Shown here: positions 38,601 through 54,100 of the stretch, in pieces
How the letters are laid out: each line of letters opens with the position of its first letter
Position numbering within the stretch: position 1 is the first letter of the stretch
NCBI RefSeq assembly: GCF_006345805.1
Contig: NC_042999.1
Span: forward strand, 134,974,001-135,038,000
From: Octopus sinensis
Taxonomy: Eukaryota
Length of the DNA stretch: 64,000 nt
Reading direction: 5' to 3'
Program-made: the position numbers and the translations under genes
The notes under the pieces: generated by a model
Databases searched by the model: none
The model's input: the letters and a program-made list of their open reading frames with translations, nothing else
Told to the model about the DNA's origin: nothing

Positions 38601-40133
38601 TAAAAAATCACCACAAGATGGAACCTAGAACTTTGGGTCTTTTTAACTTTGTGAAAATAATTGAAAAGTGCAGATTACAGGCAAAATAGCAGAATTGGTC
38701 AGATAAAATACATTACGGCAGTGTTCTACAAAGTGGGTTCTCTGAAAAATTTTTGGGATTCCATCAGATAAGACGTCTTGAAATAAATTTTTAATTTCTT
38801 TTACTAAATATGGTATTCAGCATTCTTAAAATTTTAAGGTATACGTTGTATTTTTTATATGAATAAATTCTCTCTCTAAAACAATTTTTATTTCATTTAA
38901 TGCCTTGTTAACATGTGAGTGGTGGGGGGGAGTTGTCTGTGAAATATACATGTGGGTTTCATAGTTTTGGGGAAACCATATAATTGGTTCCACACTAAAA
39001 TAAGTTTGAAAAACTCACAGCTTTTTGATACTTAATCATGTCCCTTTAAATTCTGAGTTCAAATCCTGTACTGATCTGCTTTGCCTATCATACTTCTGAG
39101 AGTGATAAAATCTATGCTAGACAATAAAATAAGTACTGCAGTTGATGTAACCATCTATACTCTAGCTGACAGTGAGCCATGGCCAAATTGTTCGATATCT
39201 AAAACCTGATAACTGTAACACTACAATAATTAAAATATTCCTGCTTTAGAGTTTTTTATGGAGAGGACACAAAGTTAAAATACCTATAAATGTTTTTAAA
39301 GTATTAGTAAAAATTTCTGAATGAAAAATTTTACTCACCAGGTGGCATTACATTTTTTGTTAGTCTTGAACCAGCAAGTGGTGCTATTGTATTACAGTGG
39401 ATGTTATACTTCCTGCCTTCAATGGCTAAAGTATTACTTAAACCAAGTAATCCAAGCTTAGCTGAAATAATAATAAAAAAATTATACAGTTCTTCCAGTT
39501 TTATTTTATTCATTATTGAAAGCAACTTTAAAACTAAAAATATGTATTTCCAGTTGTTTAACCCTAGGTCAGCGCTGGTAGTCAAACCAATGATCAAAGG
39601 CATTTTTGCTATGACCATTCATGTTTTGTGTGTTTTTTTTTTCATTGAGTTTACATAACAATGGACATTTACCATATCTATTACATGTTTTCATAGAATG
39701 TGTCAAACAACAATCATTCTGACCTACAACAGAGTGTGTCAGACTAAGCATGTCTCATTGAATATATCACATGGAGTTTGCGAAAACAAATATGTCACAC
39801 ACATATTATACCATCTAGAGCCATGATGCCCCACTGGTGGGACATGGTAATATTTTGGTGGAGCATAGTAATATTTTGGTGAAGCATGTGTAGGGTTATG
39901 TTGAATTTATACCTTTTGTACACAATATTTAGTATGCCAATAGAGAAATTCAAGAATGAGTTATTAAAAAAAATTCTTTACATCCCTTCTGTGGACAATT
40001 TTATCAAATTTTGGACACTTTACAGACAACAGATCATTTTCTTCATATTCATAAGATCTGATGTCACTAAAGAGGGAATAGATTATTTCCTTTAATTTAA
40101 TATGTGAAAACATGTAGGTAATTACAAACACAT

Positions 40134-40176
<43 letters not shown>

Positions 40177-43100
40177 TGTGCATGCGTGTAAGTGTGTGTG
40201 TATGTGTAGATGTAGTATAGAACTGGTCAGTACTGAAAGCAATGTCGGCTTAATTCCCTATGGAAAAATAAACTGGAGACAGACTTGTGTGTGCGGGTGT
40301 CTAAAAGTATTGACTCTTTTATCTCCGGTGACAAAAATCTGGGTACACAAGAAAAATGTGGTGTTGCAGAGTGTTGATGGGGCAATAAATGGCATTGGGG
40401 ATGAAGGATGAAAAAATTGAATGGTGTGGAATGAGTTGAAATGGAGTGGAAGTAAGGGGTAGCATTAATGAAGGAAGAGAAAGAGGCAGAGAGAGAGAGA
40501 AAGAGAGAGATAGACAGACAGATAGATAGATAGAGAGAGGGGGGGGGGATTTATGGTACTGGTTATGCACACATACACACACGTATATATGAACAGAGAT
40601 GAAAATTAACAGGTCATTTTATTCCCACCAGTCAGTTTGTGAATTCAGCAAAAAGGTAAGAAAAATCTTCCATTATTGATACAAAGGCTTTCGCAGCTGA
40701 GAAGATTCACAGAATATTTTTTTTTGTTTCTTTTTGAGCATATTTTCCAAAAGTTTATACTGAAATCTTTTTGAAGAAATGGTTGAAAAAATTTGCTTGA
40801 ACTGAAATCTCTTCATGTTTGATTCAAAAACAGATAAAATGAGTAATGCAAGTAAAAAAAGTTCATCAATATTCAGAGGAATATTTATGGGTGAAAAACT
40901 CTAATCTATTGAATTTTCTGAATTCTCCTCCCTTGGAAAAGATTTTCCCACAAATTTCTTTATAGTCGTAATCTATGCCACTTGAAAGGTATTTATATAA
41001 ATGATAGAAAAATGCATGAGGAATTCTGAATCATTAGTCGCATTGAACAAAAATTAGTAGAAAAAGAGTTATGAAGTAAAATGTCATGTAATGTGGAGGA
41101 AGTGAGGGAGCGATGCCCCAAGCAATAAGAATATATTTCTAAAGTGAATGTTTACATCCTGAGGTGGCAAGCTGGCAAAAACGTTAGCACACCGGGCGTC
41201 TGTCTTTACATTCTGAGTTCAAATTCCACCAAGGTTGACTTAGCTTTTTATCCATTCCAGATCTATTCAATTTGTCGTACAGATTATTTAATTAATTTTT
41301 TTTAACTAAGTACTTTGAAACTTCAGATACTGGGACCCTACCCTAATCCCAGAATCATTAGAAATTTTTTTTTTCATTGAATGAATTCCTGTGACCTCAT
41401 AATATTGGAAAATTAGGTTACTTAAGGTGAGCCTGATAACTGATAGTATTGGGGGTCTTGTTGTTTGTAACTTTTGGTGAGTCATGGTGCAACCAACAAC
41501 ATGATAAAAATTCCTGCTGTTAATTTGGTGTGGATGGGTAATATCAAATAATTCAATCACAACATATATTTAAATTAAACATGAAAAAATTGAAATATTA
41601 TCATCACTTACATGGAAAAATTGAAATATTATCTTTCAGTATTTTATAAGATAAAATCTTGAATTATCAATTGACACATTATTAATTATCTTATAACAGC
41701 AATGCCTGAAAAAATCATGTATTACATGGAAAAATGCGAGCATGAAAAGTAATATTCTTCAGATTATAAACCTGGAAAAGTACAGGACAAGTTTTTACAC
41801 CAGTAAAAGTATAGGACAAGCTATTACTTCTAGTAAAGTAAAGAATAAAACTTTTACTTAAAATATTGCAACTAAAATTAAAATTTGAATATTAAAACTT
41901 ATTTTATTATAATTTACAAATCACACTATACTTAATTAAGTAGAATTTGGCTAATTTACTACCTTAAATACAGAAAAAAGTGAATAATTAGACAAACTTA
42001 CAAATTAGTTGAACAGTTTTGTACAATAAATTTAAAAGATGTGAACTGTAAAGAGTGATAAATTAAAAGAACTGGTATTCTTTGCGGCAATATTTTAAGT
42101 AAAAAGTTTCTAATTCTTTACTTTACTTGAAGCAATAGTTTGTCCTATACTTTTACAGGTGTAATAACTTGTCCTGTACTTTTCCAGATTTATAATCTTA
42201 AGAATATTACTTTTCATGCTAGCATTTTTCCATGTAATATATGTATGTACCTCCCATATCTCTTTTCCAGTTTTCAAAGTTGGCACTGTAAATGTAGGCA
42301 CATTGGAAGGTAGGTTTTGCAAAATTGTAGAGATGCTTGAATGGAGGCATGTTGATGTATGCTGTATACAAGAGTAGAGAGGAGCTTCATCCAGGGTCCT
42401 CACAGGCAAAGCAAATAGGTATAAACTCTTTTGAGAAGGTAACAGTGACAGAGTAGAGGGTGTGGGTATACTTCTTGAAGAGAAATAGATGGATAAGGTC
42501 GTAGAGGTAGTGAGGGTGTGGGATAGAGTACTTAAACTCAGGATAGTCTTGCAGAATAGTATAGCTACAATTATCTCTTGAAGATGCCATTATGAAAGAC
42601 TGCTTGAGGTGAAGAAAGAATGGGAGGAGAGTCTGCCACTTCCTAAGGCTGGCCCTGTCTAGAAACTATACTTTTCTCCATTATTTGGATGGTGGTATGC
42701 ATTAAGTGATACAGACATAACCCCACTAGAAATGGTCTATTAAGGTTGTGGTGTCCAGACAATTTCAAAAACCATCAGCAAATAATTTTAAAAAATTAAC
42801 TATTTCTATATCCTTCTCTCTCTCTCTCTCTATCTATCTATTTGTCTGTCTATTTTTTTCCAGTTGACTTTTCCTCTCAACTGCTAGTAGTAATGTTGCT
42901 TCTAAGGTAGTAGTGGGAGTGGTGTGACAACATGCATTTAATCCCAGCTTTTGAGAATTAGTGATGTTCTCTATAACAGGTAAAACTCAAAGAACTCCAT
43001 CAGAATTGTATCAAAGGACCCGAACAGATAAAGAAATCATTCAACTTTAGATCAGCAGAAGGAAGGACATACAACAAAGCATAAAAATAAATTTTTAAAA

Positions 43101-46100
43101 ACACTTGCTTTAACAATATGTAAATATCTAAATTTACATAACCATCCCACCCAAGCTGGTCTGAAAAAATGGTGGAAAATTTATAAAAAAAAAAAAAAGA
43201 TGATAGGACAGAAAAGCTGAGGTCTAAATGAAAGTATTTTTCTTGATTACCTGCACCATAATTTGTTTGACCAAAGTTCCCATATAAACCAGCCGCAGAA
43301 GATGTCATAATAATTCTGGATATAAATTAAAAAAAAAAAGCAAAAATTTACTTTTGAAATAAATGAACTATAACAAAAACAACAACATAAACACACACAC
43401 ACACACACACACACAAATACATGCAATATTATTTTTATATCTGCTTTTCAATGCTGGCAAGGGTTGGATGAGAGATTTTGCAGCAGCAATCAGATATTTT
43501 TCCTGATGCCAATCTTTTTAGTTACCCCTTACAACATGCAGAAATACAGCATAAACAACAACACAACTTTGACAATAATAATCATTTCAACACAGGCACA
43601 TAACCAAAAATTTGAGGGAAGATGTTAGTCAGGATTGAAAGTACACTGCCAACATTACCCATCATACAACAGAAAATATTCTAGAATTAAAAGGAAAAAA
43701 AAAGAATGAAAAACAACACGAAATTTAGTTACCTGCCGTACTTCTGTTTAACCATGTGTGGCCAAGCAGCATGGGTCACTAGATAGGACCCCCTAAGATG
43801 AATTCTGTGAATAATATCTGCAACAGTAAAGGGAAATGGTAATTCTTCTCTTGTTTGGTCCTACACATAAACAACTAGCATCTAATAGCAATTATGGTGG
43901 TGGTGGTGGTGGTGACAATGTCGGTGAAGATGATAAGAAGAAGAAAGATGAGAAGAATTATGAGACAGACTTATGGTGATAGTGATAATACTATTGATGC
44001 TGGTGTCAGTGATGATGATGATGATGAGAATGATAACAAAAACCAGACTCAACTTACCCCAGTCTTCATCGGTGAGTTTGGTAAAAGAACGGTCCCGTAA
44101 AATTCCAGCATTATTCACCAATATATCTAACAAAAGAGAAGAGAATTGATCTGTTACAGCTGACATACACCATGATGATGGTAGCAGAACTGTGGTATTG
44201 TTGAATGTGATGTGGTGGGGTTGTACGGAGATATTAGTGATAGAGTTAATGTTGACATGCAGATGGCTAAATAGTTAGATTCTTACTGACAGTAGTGTTT
44301 AGATCAAAGTGGTTCAAGCCACTCCAACCTGTTGTTTTTGTGATATAAGTACCAATTGAGTACCAGACTTGATTTAATCAACTGTTTCCTTCACTAAAAT
44401 GTGCAATCTTGTGTCCATGTTACAAATCATTAGTATTATTGTTATTGTTGTTGTTCTTCTTCTTACTGTCACATTGTTGATGAGTGAATCTTTGTATTTG
44501 CTTGTGCTACATTCATAGAATATCATCCGTTAATTTCCTTTAAAGATCTTTTGCATAAACTGCAATTAGGCTTCATTAATATTATTATTATCATTATTAT
44601 TATTATTATTATTATTATTAATATTATCATCATCATCATTATTATTATCATTATTATTATTATGAGAGAGCATGTGACCTAGTGGTTAGGGTGTTGCACT
44701 CACAGTCGCAAGATTGTGATTTCAATTCCTCGACTGGGTGGTGCAATGTGTTCTTGAGCAAACACTTCATCTCATGTTACTCTGTGATCACTTGACACTT
44801 GATGCTTGGTAAACCATGCACCTATTTGGACAACATCAATTTGATGGTGAATGTGAGCTAATGTACAGCACATACATTTGATCATTGTAAACAAATCATC
44901 TGTGCAGGTCATTCAGTGAAAGCTGAACATAAAAGCTGAACACTTATACGTCATCTCTGATGGGAGAGTCCATCATTATGATGACGATGATGATTATCAT
45001 TATTTCTGCAATAATAATAATACTGATTTCTTCATTAACCACTAAGGGTTTGCTAACAAATCAATAAAAATGGTATGATACAATACGCTATGATATGATG
45101 TGGGATTACATGAAAGCATGTAAACAGTAAAAATAACAAAAACAAAGAAACAAAAAATTCAAATGAGAAAATTCCCCAGAAGAGGGGAGACTTCCAAAGG
45201 CTGCTCAGATAAAAATCCCATAAAACTACTAGGGCAAGTGCCTTCCCACCATCCTCTTCCCTTGATCTACAGGCACATGTTCAGAGCAGGCCTGTTCACT
45301 CAGCCCATTCATGCCACTCACACCCAACTTTCAAAAACTTTAATGGAAGTAAGGTAGGTCAGCTTATACATTAAGATGACTATGGAGAACCTAAAGTACC
45401 ATGTGATATGCAGAAGGGTTTGGAAAGATAGTAACAATGTCTGAATGTTTACACTATATATAACGTCAGCTTGTATGCCAGAAAATACGGTACTTAATAG
45501 CATCAACAACTTTAGCAACAACAATATATAATTTCTTTCTCTATTTGAGATTAAAAAAATAACTTACCTATTTTGCCAAAAGCATTCAGAGCGGTTTCAA
45601 CTATTTTTGCTCCTTCTTCAACAGAATCTAATTAAATGAAGGTAAAATGAAATAGAACAAGATATTAATCATCTAGTGACAACAAAGATATAAAGATGAA
45701 TGTCAGAGAGGTAACTGCTTAAATAGATTAACTGAACACCAGTCAGATATTATATAAACAAAAACTGTCATTAGAACAATATCACAATATTCAATCAATT
45801 TTGTAAAATTCAGCAGAATTAAACAGAAATAAAACTTCTAAATAAAATGCAAATTTATCATTCCTAGAATATCTCCTTCATATTTTCCACATCAAAGTAA
45901 AATGACAAAATGTAAAATGGTATTGTTGGGAATCTACGGAAATGTCTTCAGCTACTGAAGCCTCAATTAAAGCATGCTCAATTTAAATCTGGAAGAACAG
46001 AAACTTGACACCTATATTCCAACTGTTCTGACTTGGTCTACAGAATTCATAAATTTTCTGTCCAAATGATTTTGAAGACTGCAGAATAAATGATAAACAG

Positions 46101-48069
46101 ATGGGACAATTTCCAGCAAATATGGTGGGTGGGGCATTGTTTCCCATTCAAACTGCTCCAGCCTTTGGAATGTCATCCTTACTGTATGTGGCCGAGCATT
46201 ATCCTCATGGCAGAACACTTTCCATCTTGAAACCAAAGATGGTCATTTTTCTTCTGGTGCAGGTGTCAATGAATGGTTGGATAACCAAATCTAAGCTTCT
46301 CTGCTAGTTCCTCAAAAGTTACAATGGGATTTTGTTCCACTAGGGTTTGCAGGATGTCTTTGTCAAGCTCTAGAGATCTTCCAGGATGAAGCTCATCTTC
46401 TAGGCTGTAGTTTCCAGCTCAGAATTGGCTTATGCTTATTGTCCGATCCTCATATACAGCATTAATATTCCTCATACTTTCTGTTGTGTCATTGCCTTTA
46501 TTGAACTCATAAAGCAAAATATGCTGCTTATGTTCCTTTGTCATTTCCATTATCGCTTCGAAAAAATAACTGTTAAAATCAAGCTGCACTGTAAAATTAT
46601 GATGTGCTGTTATAGCAAGTTGATGCAGGTAGTTTATCCCATCCCTCTCCAACTTTTAGTTCATGCAATTGAAAAAACCGCATTATTTATGGGATGACCC
46701 AATGTATATATGTTTATATATCTATGTGTGTTTGTCTTTATTTGTCCCCTCCACCACTGCTTGACAGCTGATGCTAGTGTGTTCACATCCTCATCACGTA
46801 GAGGTTCGGTAAAAGAGACTGATACAATAACTACCAGGCTTAAAAAAAAGAATAAGTACTGGTGTCAATTCGTTCGGCTAAAAATTCAAGGCGATGCTCC
46901 AACATGGCCACTTTTAATACTGTAGAGACTAAAGATTAGCAGCAGATGAATATAAGGAAATAATGTTTCACTGTTTTTTTTTCAAGTGTTGAATAAAAGT
47001 AATACTTCAAAATTCTACACACAACTTTCTAATTTATGATACACATGGACACAGTCTAATGACAGAAACAAGTAAAAAGATTTTTAAAAAAAAGATATAA
47101 CATGGCATACCTATAAAAACTTGGAAGCTAACATATAAACATAACATATTAGTCTAAGTATTGAAAAATGTTTCTTTAGATGAAATTTTTATTGAGAAAT
47201 TGTTTATAAAGAATATCTACAGCTATAGATGTAGAATTTGGAGATATAGTATCTAGTATCACATAATCCTATATATTTGAACCACTTCTTTTATTGCTTT
47301 ACATCTATGTTTGCATGCATGAAATGGCTTACTAGTTGAAACGGTTGTTTTCATAGCTAGATGTCCTTCTTATTGTTAACCACTCAAATGTGATGCAAAG
47401 ATGTGGAAGCTTGTTATAGATTAATCAATTTATTTATTTATTTATTCATGATTAGGGTCAACCAGGTAAACTGGAACAACAAGATTTAGGTGGTACTTTG
47501 CTGAGAAGCACACACACATTAACAATAGTAAGATTCAAACTTACAACCATTTTTAACTGGAAATATTATTTATAAATCTTACGGTAATCGGCAACTGCCT
47601 TTCCTCCACTTTTTTGAATTTCTCTGACAACTTCATCGGCTGCTTGCAAACTTTTACCAACACCTTCTACACTGCCACCTAAATCATTAACTTAAAAGAA
47701 AAAGAAAATATTTCTATAAAAGTCATGGAACATACATATATATATAATAATATTCACACACAGATAGATGAATATCTTCACCATTGTTTTAAGATACACT
47801 TTTCAGTGCTTGCATGGATCAGAAGGAGTATATTAAGGTGGATTTTCTGTGGTCAGGTGCACTTCTTATCACTAACCTGATCCTGTTTCCAAGAAAGGTA
47901 ATATTTTTCCATGGCCAGACTTGTTTTTGCAAAATATTGGAAATGAATGGTACTGCTTGTATGACAATAACAATAATTTTACAACTATCATGCAATGTCA
48001 TTACAAGGAGATGCAAACATATACACACACATCATGCTAGCGTGGAAGGGGGACGTTAAACAATGATGA

Positions 48070-48117
<48 letters not shown>

Positions 48118-51100
48118 ATATATATATACACGCACACATACATATATACACACACATATGCCTGTGTGAGTGAAGGCTAGCAGGTTGCAACTTTGAAGTC
48201 ACTGTCACCACTCTTCTTGTAAAATATAATACATCTCTAAAGTTGAATTTGTTTCAGGTTTCTGCAATGTGAGACTATTTATCATTCATTTTTATTTTGT
48301 TACTTGACAAAATCTGATTCTAAACCAATAACCAACTCTTAAAATAAAAAGGCAAAAGTATCTCTCAAGAGCAGTGGTTCTCAAGTGGGGTCCATATAAG
48401 ATTTTTGGGGGTGCACTCAACAAAATAGTAATTTGGGAATCCACAATAGTATTTTAAGGGTCCCTGAAAAAATTTTGCTTTAGATGTATGTATTGGTATG
48501 CATTGCAAGAAACAGCTTGGCTTCTTTCTCTAATATTTTACATAGTTCAATGTACACAAGTTAATGTGTGAAAAACAAAATAGGAAATTAGAAAGAAGTA
48601 TCTCTAAAACTACTTTTTAAACATTGAATGGCTATGGGAAGTCCACCAGAATAAAATAGTAATCAAAGGGGTCCACAGGCAAAAAATTATTGAGAACCAC
48701 TGATCTAGAGTTTCACATTCCTCTTTCATAGACATCTTTTCATTCTACTTCCATCTTTCCCTTTCACTCTTTCTTCCTCCTCTCCTCATCACAGGTATAA
48801 TCACTCTTAACAATACATCATTTACAGTATACTAACATACAATTAAACTAGCATACCTAACAATGTCTTTTTCCTTCCTTCTTTCTATCTTTATTCCATT
48901 CTTTATCTTTCTATTTCTGATTTTCCCCTTTTGCTCAGTTATACATTTGTTTATGCATGTCTCACAATTTCCCTTCTCTTTTCTCTATCCCTTTCTGTTC
49001 TGTTCACTTTTTAGTTTCTCACTTCAATCACTGTACTTTTACTGTCTTTAGCTACCATTTTTCTTTCTTAATTAACTATTATTTTTATATGTTTATATGA
49101 ATATTAGAATACTAGTTTTTATAAGCCCACAGTATTACAAAATTTTGGTAACTGTTTCAACCTGAAAGTTTTTTAAAACAATGAAGTCAATATATTGTTT
49201 TGAATAAGAGGCAATTAAGTACGGTAAAGTTATTTTCTTGAGTCATGCTGACTCACAAAGACCAACTCACAAGGACTAGAGCAATTCACAAGGACTGGAG
49301 CAATATGAAATGAAGTGTTTTGCTGAAGAACACAATGCATCACCCTGTCCAGGAATTGAAACCACAACCTTATGATCATGAGTCCAATACCTTAACCACT
49401 GAGCCACATACCTCCACATTTCAGTATGAGCATGATATATACATGTGTTTATATGTGAGCATGCACACACATATGCATATAAGTATGCATACAGACACAC
49501 TGTCGTCTGAGAGAGATGGGTGAGAAAGATTGTAAAAGAGAGAGAGCTTGAACTAGAGAAAGCTTTTTATAAGAGAGAGAGAATTCTTAGAGAAAGCCTG
49601 AAAGAAAAAGGGAAACCAGAGAGTTGAACATTAATGACTGACAACCAGCTTTAGAAAGTTTCTATACCTCCTACTAACACTTCTACTCATGACAACTGTT
49701 ATATGTCATCTTTCTCTTTTTACCATTACATAAAAACTTTTTAGCATTTCTCCATATTTTTTTGACTCCTCTTGATTTTATCCCAACAGGACCTCAAATC
49801 CATATTTTTTTGTTCATAGATTATTCTTGGTTAGATCTGTATTTCCATGCCAAAATTCATTGAAGTTTCATTGAGAAATGCTAATGTTTCTTCAAGACAA
49901 ACAAACTTCATGCTTATTATACAGTCTTTTATTATTTTACTACTTTCTTTAAGGTGGTGAGCTGGCAGAATTGTTAGGACACTGGGCAAAACGCTTAGCA
50001 GCATTTTGTCTGTCCTTACATTTTGGTTTCAAATTCCACTGAGGTTGACTTTACCATTCATGCTTTCAAGTATCAGTTCAGCACTGGGGGTTGATGTAAT
50101 CGATTCATTCAACACCCCCACCCCACACCCCGAACGTGCTGGCCTTGTGCCAAAATTTGAAATCATTATTTTACTACTTTCTATCATTGAACTGTGACAA
50201 TGTATCAGCACCACTATGTAGGCAGATATAATCCACTGCATCTGCCATAGTACTTATTTTATTAACTGGTTCTTACTTTATTGACATTTTATTGAAAAAA
50301 AAACAATGGAAGTCACAGTAAACCACAAAGGCATAACTCAGAATGTAAAGAAACATAGTCAAATACCATAGTGTAATTTGTACAACACTCTAGATTGATT
50401 CTGCCATCCACCAGCAGTGAACTTATGGCATACATAACAATTTCAATACCTATTTCTCATCTCAAAAGAGATATGACAGGTATTGAAGCAGTTTACATAA
50501 GCTATAAGGAAATACTTCTTAACTAAATATTTACTCAATATTTACAATATATGTTAAATCATTTTTTTATGACTTGGTCTTATAGATTATTTTTCTACAT
50601 GAATTACACAGTAAGTATGTATGCATACACACACACACACACACACACAAAGGTACTCAAAGGTGTGTGATCAGTGTAGGGTACTATCTATGTTTGTCAT
50701 ATGTAGAGTAAACAGAAAAAATACATTTCATTGGTAACAACAAGAAACATTTAACATACTGATGATGTCAAGATTTATTGGAAACAGCTTTTCTTTTTAT
50801 AAGACATACACATATGATCACACATGCATAAATGCAATGTGTTCAATACAAGCAATACAGAAAATAAATATTTGCAGGAAGTGTGAAAAGAGTACTCAGT
50901 AAAATAAAACTATTATACAGTTCCAACGGTGATAAAGATTTTAATAATTGTTTCAAACTGCAACAGATGCTATTGACAGACAGCAGAAAGCAGTGAAGTA
51001 AATATACAAGGCACCCAGAGCATTTCATCATCATCATCATCGTTTAACGTCCACTTTCCATGCTAGCATGTGTTGGACGACTTGACTGAGGGCTGGCGAA

Positions 51101-54100
51101 CCAGATGGGGGCACCAGGCTCCAATCTTGATCTGGCAGAGTTTCTACAGCTGGATGCCCTTCCTAGCGCCAACCACTCCGAGAGTGTAGTGGGTGCTTTT
51201 ACGTGCCACCGGTACGGGGGCCAGTCAGGCGGTACTGGCAACGACCTCGCTTGAATCTTTATACACATGCCACCAGCACAGGTGCCAGTAAGGCGACGCT
51301 GGTAATGATCACGCTCGAATGATGCCTTTTATGTGCCACCAGCATGGAAGCCAGTTAGCCGCTCTGGCAACAATCATGCTCAGATGGTGCTCTTAGCACC
51401 CTACTAGCACAGGGCACAAGTGCCAGTAAGACGAAGCTGGTAACGATCACACTCGAATGGTGCCTTTTATGTGCCACTGGCACAGAAGCTGGTTAGCTGC
51501 TCTGTCAACGATCACACTCGTATGGTGCTCTTTGCACCCCGCTAGCACGAATGCCAGTCATTGAATTTGATTTCAATTTCACTTGCCTCAACAGGTCTTA
51601 GCAAGCAGAGTTTAGTGTCCAAAGAAGGAAAAGGTACGCATAAGTGGGCTGGTTACGCCCTTGGCATAGGCCACGAGGTTATGGTCTCATTTGGCTTGCT
51701 GGGTCTTCTCAAGCACAGCATATTTTGAAAAGTCTCGGTCACTAGTCATTTTCTTGGTGAGGCCTAAAGTTCAAAGGTCATTCTTGACCACTTCATCCCA
51801 GGTCTTCCTGGGTCTACCTCTTCCACAGGTTCCCTCAACCGCTAGGGTGTGGCACTTTTGCACACAGCTATCCTCATCCATTCTTGCCACATGATCATAC
51901 CAGCACAGTCGTCTCTCTTGCACACCACATCTGATGCTTCTTAGGTCCAACTTTTCTCTCAAGGTACTTACACTCTGTCGAGTATGAACACTGACATTAC
52001 ACATCCATCAGATCATACTGGCTTCATTCCTTGCAAGCTTACGCATGTCCTCAGCAGTCACAGCCCATGTTTCACTGCCATGTAGCATGGCTGTTCGTAC
52101 ACATGTGTCATACAGTCTACCTTTTACTCTGGGCAAGAGGCCCTTTGTCACCAGCAGAGGTAAGAGCTCTCTGAACTTTGCCCAAGCTATTCTTATTCTA
52201 GCAGCTACACTTTCAGCGCACCCTTCCCCACTACTGACTTGGTCACCTAGGTAACGGAAGCTATCAACTACTTCTAGTTTTTCTCCCTGGAATGTAGCGG
52301 AAGTTGTTCTCTGCACATTTTCAGTGTTTATTGCTCCCGAGCATCTGCCACATACAAAAACTATCTTCCCAGTTAGCCTTCCGTTGATATTACTGCAACT
52401 TTTATGTGTCCATAGCTTACACTGGGTACATCTTATAGAGTTTCTACCTATACCTCTACAACAGATCGAGTAGGGCCATCTACCTGAAGGGATTTGTGGT
52501 TTGCCTGCCCTCCTACTTATTAGGACTTTGCTTTTAGCTAGGTTGACTCTAAGGCCCTTCGATTCTAATCCTTGTTTCCACACTTGAAACTTCTCTAGTT
52601 CTGATAGTGACTCAGCAATTAGAGCAAGGTCATCAGCATAGAGGAGCTCCCAGGGGCATCCTGTCTTGAATTCCTCCGTTATTGGCTGGAGGACTATGAT
52701 AAATAGGAGGGGGCTGAGGACTGAACCTTGGTGGACCCCTACCGCTACCCTGAATTCTTCAGTGTACTCGTTGCCAACCCTCACCTTACTGACAGTGTCC
52801 CTGTACATGGCTTGCACGGCTCTCACTAACCATTCATCTATCCCTAGTTTCCTCATTGACCACCAGATAAGAGATTAGGGGACCCTGTCGAAGGCTTTCT
52901 CCATGTCAACGAAAGCCAGGTACAGGGGCTTATCTTTGGCTAGGTATTCTCCTGCAGCTGTCTTACTAGAAATATAGCATCAGTGGTGCTTTTCCCTGGC
53001 ATGAAACCAAACTACATCTCATCCAAACTGACTCTCTCCCTAATTAGTTGGGCTATGACCCTCTCCATGATCTTCATTACCTGATCCAACAGCTCGATAC
53101 CTTTGTAATTATTTGTATCTAGAGCATCACCTTTACCTTTGTAGCAATCGACTATTATGCTGCTACACCAGTCATTGGGTATGACTCCTTCATGTATCAC
53201 CTGGTTAACTATACAGGTGACTAGACTATAGCTGACACTGCCCTGATATTTTGAGCATCTCTGCAGTAATTCTTGATGTGCCAGGGGCTTTCCCTGTCTT
53301 CATACTTTTAATTGCTTTATCTACCAAGGTACTGTCAACTCGGATAGATGGTCCACTCGGAAATTTTATCAGAACACAAATGGAAGATGATCTAACATAG
53401 CTATGTGACACAAACCAAATTTTAACTTCTTGAATTCAACATCATCATCATTTAACATTGTATTCTATGCTGGTATGGTTGGATGATTCAACAGGACCCA
53501 CCTAGCCTGAGGGCTACATTGGTCTCCATTGTCTGCTTTGATATGATTTCTATAACTGGATGTCCTTCCTAATGTCAACCTCTTCACAGAGCATATTGGG
53601 TACTTTTTTTCATGGTACCAGTACCAGTGAGATCACAAAGTAATCAAGTAACTCACAAGACAAGACACCTCATCAGACTGAAGATGCAGTATTGAGTGAG
53701 ATGGCTACATGCCTGGTGTTGGGAGACCAAAATAGGTCATAGGGACAGAAACAAGTGTCTTTCAAATATATCAACAGCATCAACATGACAGACTCCAATC
53801 TCATAGAACACTCTATAGAGAAAAGAAGACTACTGCTCAAACAGTATTGGAACAGCCTACAAATACAGCTTGTTTAGCAGAGACTGCCATTCACACAGCA
53901 GACTGTTCAACCATAGACAATTCTGTTCCAGTAGGGCAGATAACACTAAACCATCATCTGTGGTCATTAATTATAGATAGGGGCTAACAGGCTGTTGTAG
54001 ACTCAGGTCAGGACTAACCCAAGAGATCTATGATTGAAAATATCTCATCCATGACCATCACATTTCGTTTTCCAGAAATTGTATAAAGATCACATTATCC

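Noticed and set aside
43894-44100. Acidic/poly-V ORF overlapping exon 5, and similar low-complexity ORFs
   Set aside because: Trinucleotide microsatellites (GAT, GGT) explain the composition.
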